Shown here piece by piece: positions 62,912 through 64,000 of a stretch of DNA of 64,000 bases. The first letter of the stretch is position 1. Each line of letters starts with the position of its first letter. The DNA lies in NCBI GenBank assembly GCA_963776345.1, contig CAVZMH010000017.1:160001-224000 (forward strand). Direction: 5' to 3'. The DNA is from an uncultured delta proteobacterium (GTDB lineage: Bacteria > Myxococcota > Myxococcia > Myxococcales > Myxococcaceae). The notes under the pieces were generated by a model. It saw only the letters and a program-made list of their open reading frames with translations. It ran no database searches and was not told where the DNA came from. The position numbers and the translations under genes were made by a program.

Positions 62912-64000
62912 ATGGAGAACACCGACGTCGCCCGGGTACTCGCCGAGGTGGCAGATCTCCTGGAGCTGACCGGCGGAAACGCCTTCAAGGTGAGGGCCTA
63001 CCGTCAGGCGTCGCAGATCGTCGATCTGCTCCCCACCCCGGTCTCCGAGCTGTGGCGCGCGGGGAAGCTGACCGAGCTGCCGTCCGTCGGCGAGCGCATC
63101 GCCGGGCACATCGAGGAGCTCCTGAGCACCGGCCGCTTCCGCGAGCACGACCAGCTCGCCGGCAAGGTGCCACCCGGCGTGCTGGAGCTGCTGCGGGTGG
63201 AAGGAATCGGTCCGAAGACCGCCGCGCTGGCCTGGAAGAAGCTCCGGATCAAGGAGCTCGCGGGGCTGGAGAAGGCATGCCGGGACGGCTCGCTGGAGAA
63301 GCTGCCGCGGATGGGGCCGAGGCGGGTGGCCGGCATCCTGGCCGCGCTGGAGCGCTACCAGGCGCGGAAGGGACGGGTTCCCCTCCATCGTGCGCTGGCC
63401 ACCGCCGAGGCCATCGCCGAGCGCCTGCGGAAGGTGCCCCACGTGCGCTCCGCCGAGGTGGCCGGGAGCATCCGGCGGCGGCGGGAGACCATCGGGGACA
63501 TCGACCTGCTGGTCTCCGCGGCCGAGGCGGACGCGGTGATCCGCGCCTTCAAGGACGCGCCGGAGGTGGAGGCGCTGACCGCCACCGGACCGACCAAGTG
63601 CACCGCGCGGCTGACGAGCGGGCTCCAGGCGGATCTCCGGATCGTGCCCCCCGAGTCGTTCGGAGCGGCGCTGCACTACTTCACCGGGAGCAAGTCCCAC
63701 AACATCGAGCTGCGGACCCGGGCCATGCGCCGCGGCCTCAAGCTGAGCGAGTACGGGGTGTTCGATCGCCACGGCAAGCGGCTGGGCGGAGCCACCGAGG
63801 AGGAGGTCTACCGGGCGGTGGGGTTGCCCTTCATCCCTCCGGAGCTCCGCGAGGGTTCCGGTGAGCTCGAGGCGGCGGAGGAGGGTCGTCTGCCGCGATT
63901 GATCGAGGAGAAGGACGTCCGTGGAGACCTGCACGTCCACTCGGATGCCTCGTCGGATGGCCACTCGACGCTCGACGAGCTCTGCCAGGAGGCGGAGCGG
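62912..64000 (+). CDS. polX: DNA polymerase X/PHP (PolX); runs off the window end
   Basis: Manual translation: FKVRAY, GIGPKT, AGSIRR, GDIDLL, QADLR, YFTGSK, PPELRE, DLHVHS. Confidence 0.93.
   Translation, partial: MENTDVARVLAEVADLLELTGGNAFKVRAYRQASQIVDLLPTPVSELWRAGKLTELPSVGERIAGHIEELLSTGRFREHDQLAGKVPPGVLELLRVEGIGPKTAALAWKKLRIKELAGLEKACRDGSLEKLPRMGPRRVAGILAALERYQARKGRVPLHRALATAEAIAERLRKVPHVRSAEVAGSIRRRRETIGDIDLLVSAAEADAVIRAFKDAPEVEALTATGPTKCTARLTSGLQADLRIVPPESFGAALHYFTGSKSHNIELRTRAMRRGLKLSEYGVFDRHGKRLGGATEEEVYRAVGLPFIPPELREGSGELEAAEEGRLPRLIEEKDVRGDLHVHSDASSDGHSTLDELCQEAER

Overview
Very GC-rich, gene-dense chromosomal window from a myxobacterium (Myxococcota). The assignment rests on an aglRQS-type gliding motor, a FruA-like regulator, aibR-mvaS with its operator palindrome, a split ATP synthase operon and Ser/Thr kinases. 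There are about 60 CDSs. Housekeeping genes include atpH, atpGDC, nadE, proBA/proC, dapDE, mreB and mvaS. Signalling genes include two STKs, a sigma54 two-component system, an ECF-STK pair and a histidine kinase lacking its ATPase domain. I found no rRNA, tRNA, CRISPR array or transposase. The best candidate for an undescribed system is a tightly coupled operon: TusA - DsrE - (TusA domain fused to core MetE) - secreted transglutaminase-like protein (27.0-30.2 kb). Other notable items are: a sigma54 regulon of two tandem small Lys/Ala-rich secreted proteins, each with its own -24/-12 promoter; a ChaB-archease-RtcB-PolX repair cluster; a dynamin-like GTPase pair; divergent proC/proB genes whose start codons share one CATG; a 403-nt diverged tandem duplication in the chromate transporter locus; and two copies of an AT-rich REP-like palindrome. 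Several single-base frameshifts cluster at 35.5-41.4 kb and are probably consensus errors. All calls come from reading motifs by eye; no database searches were run.
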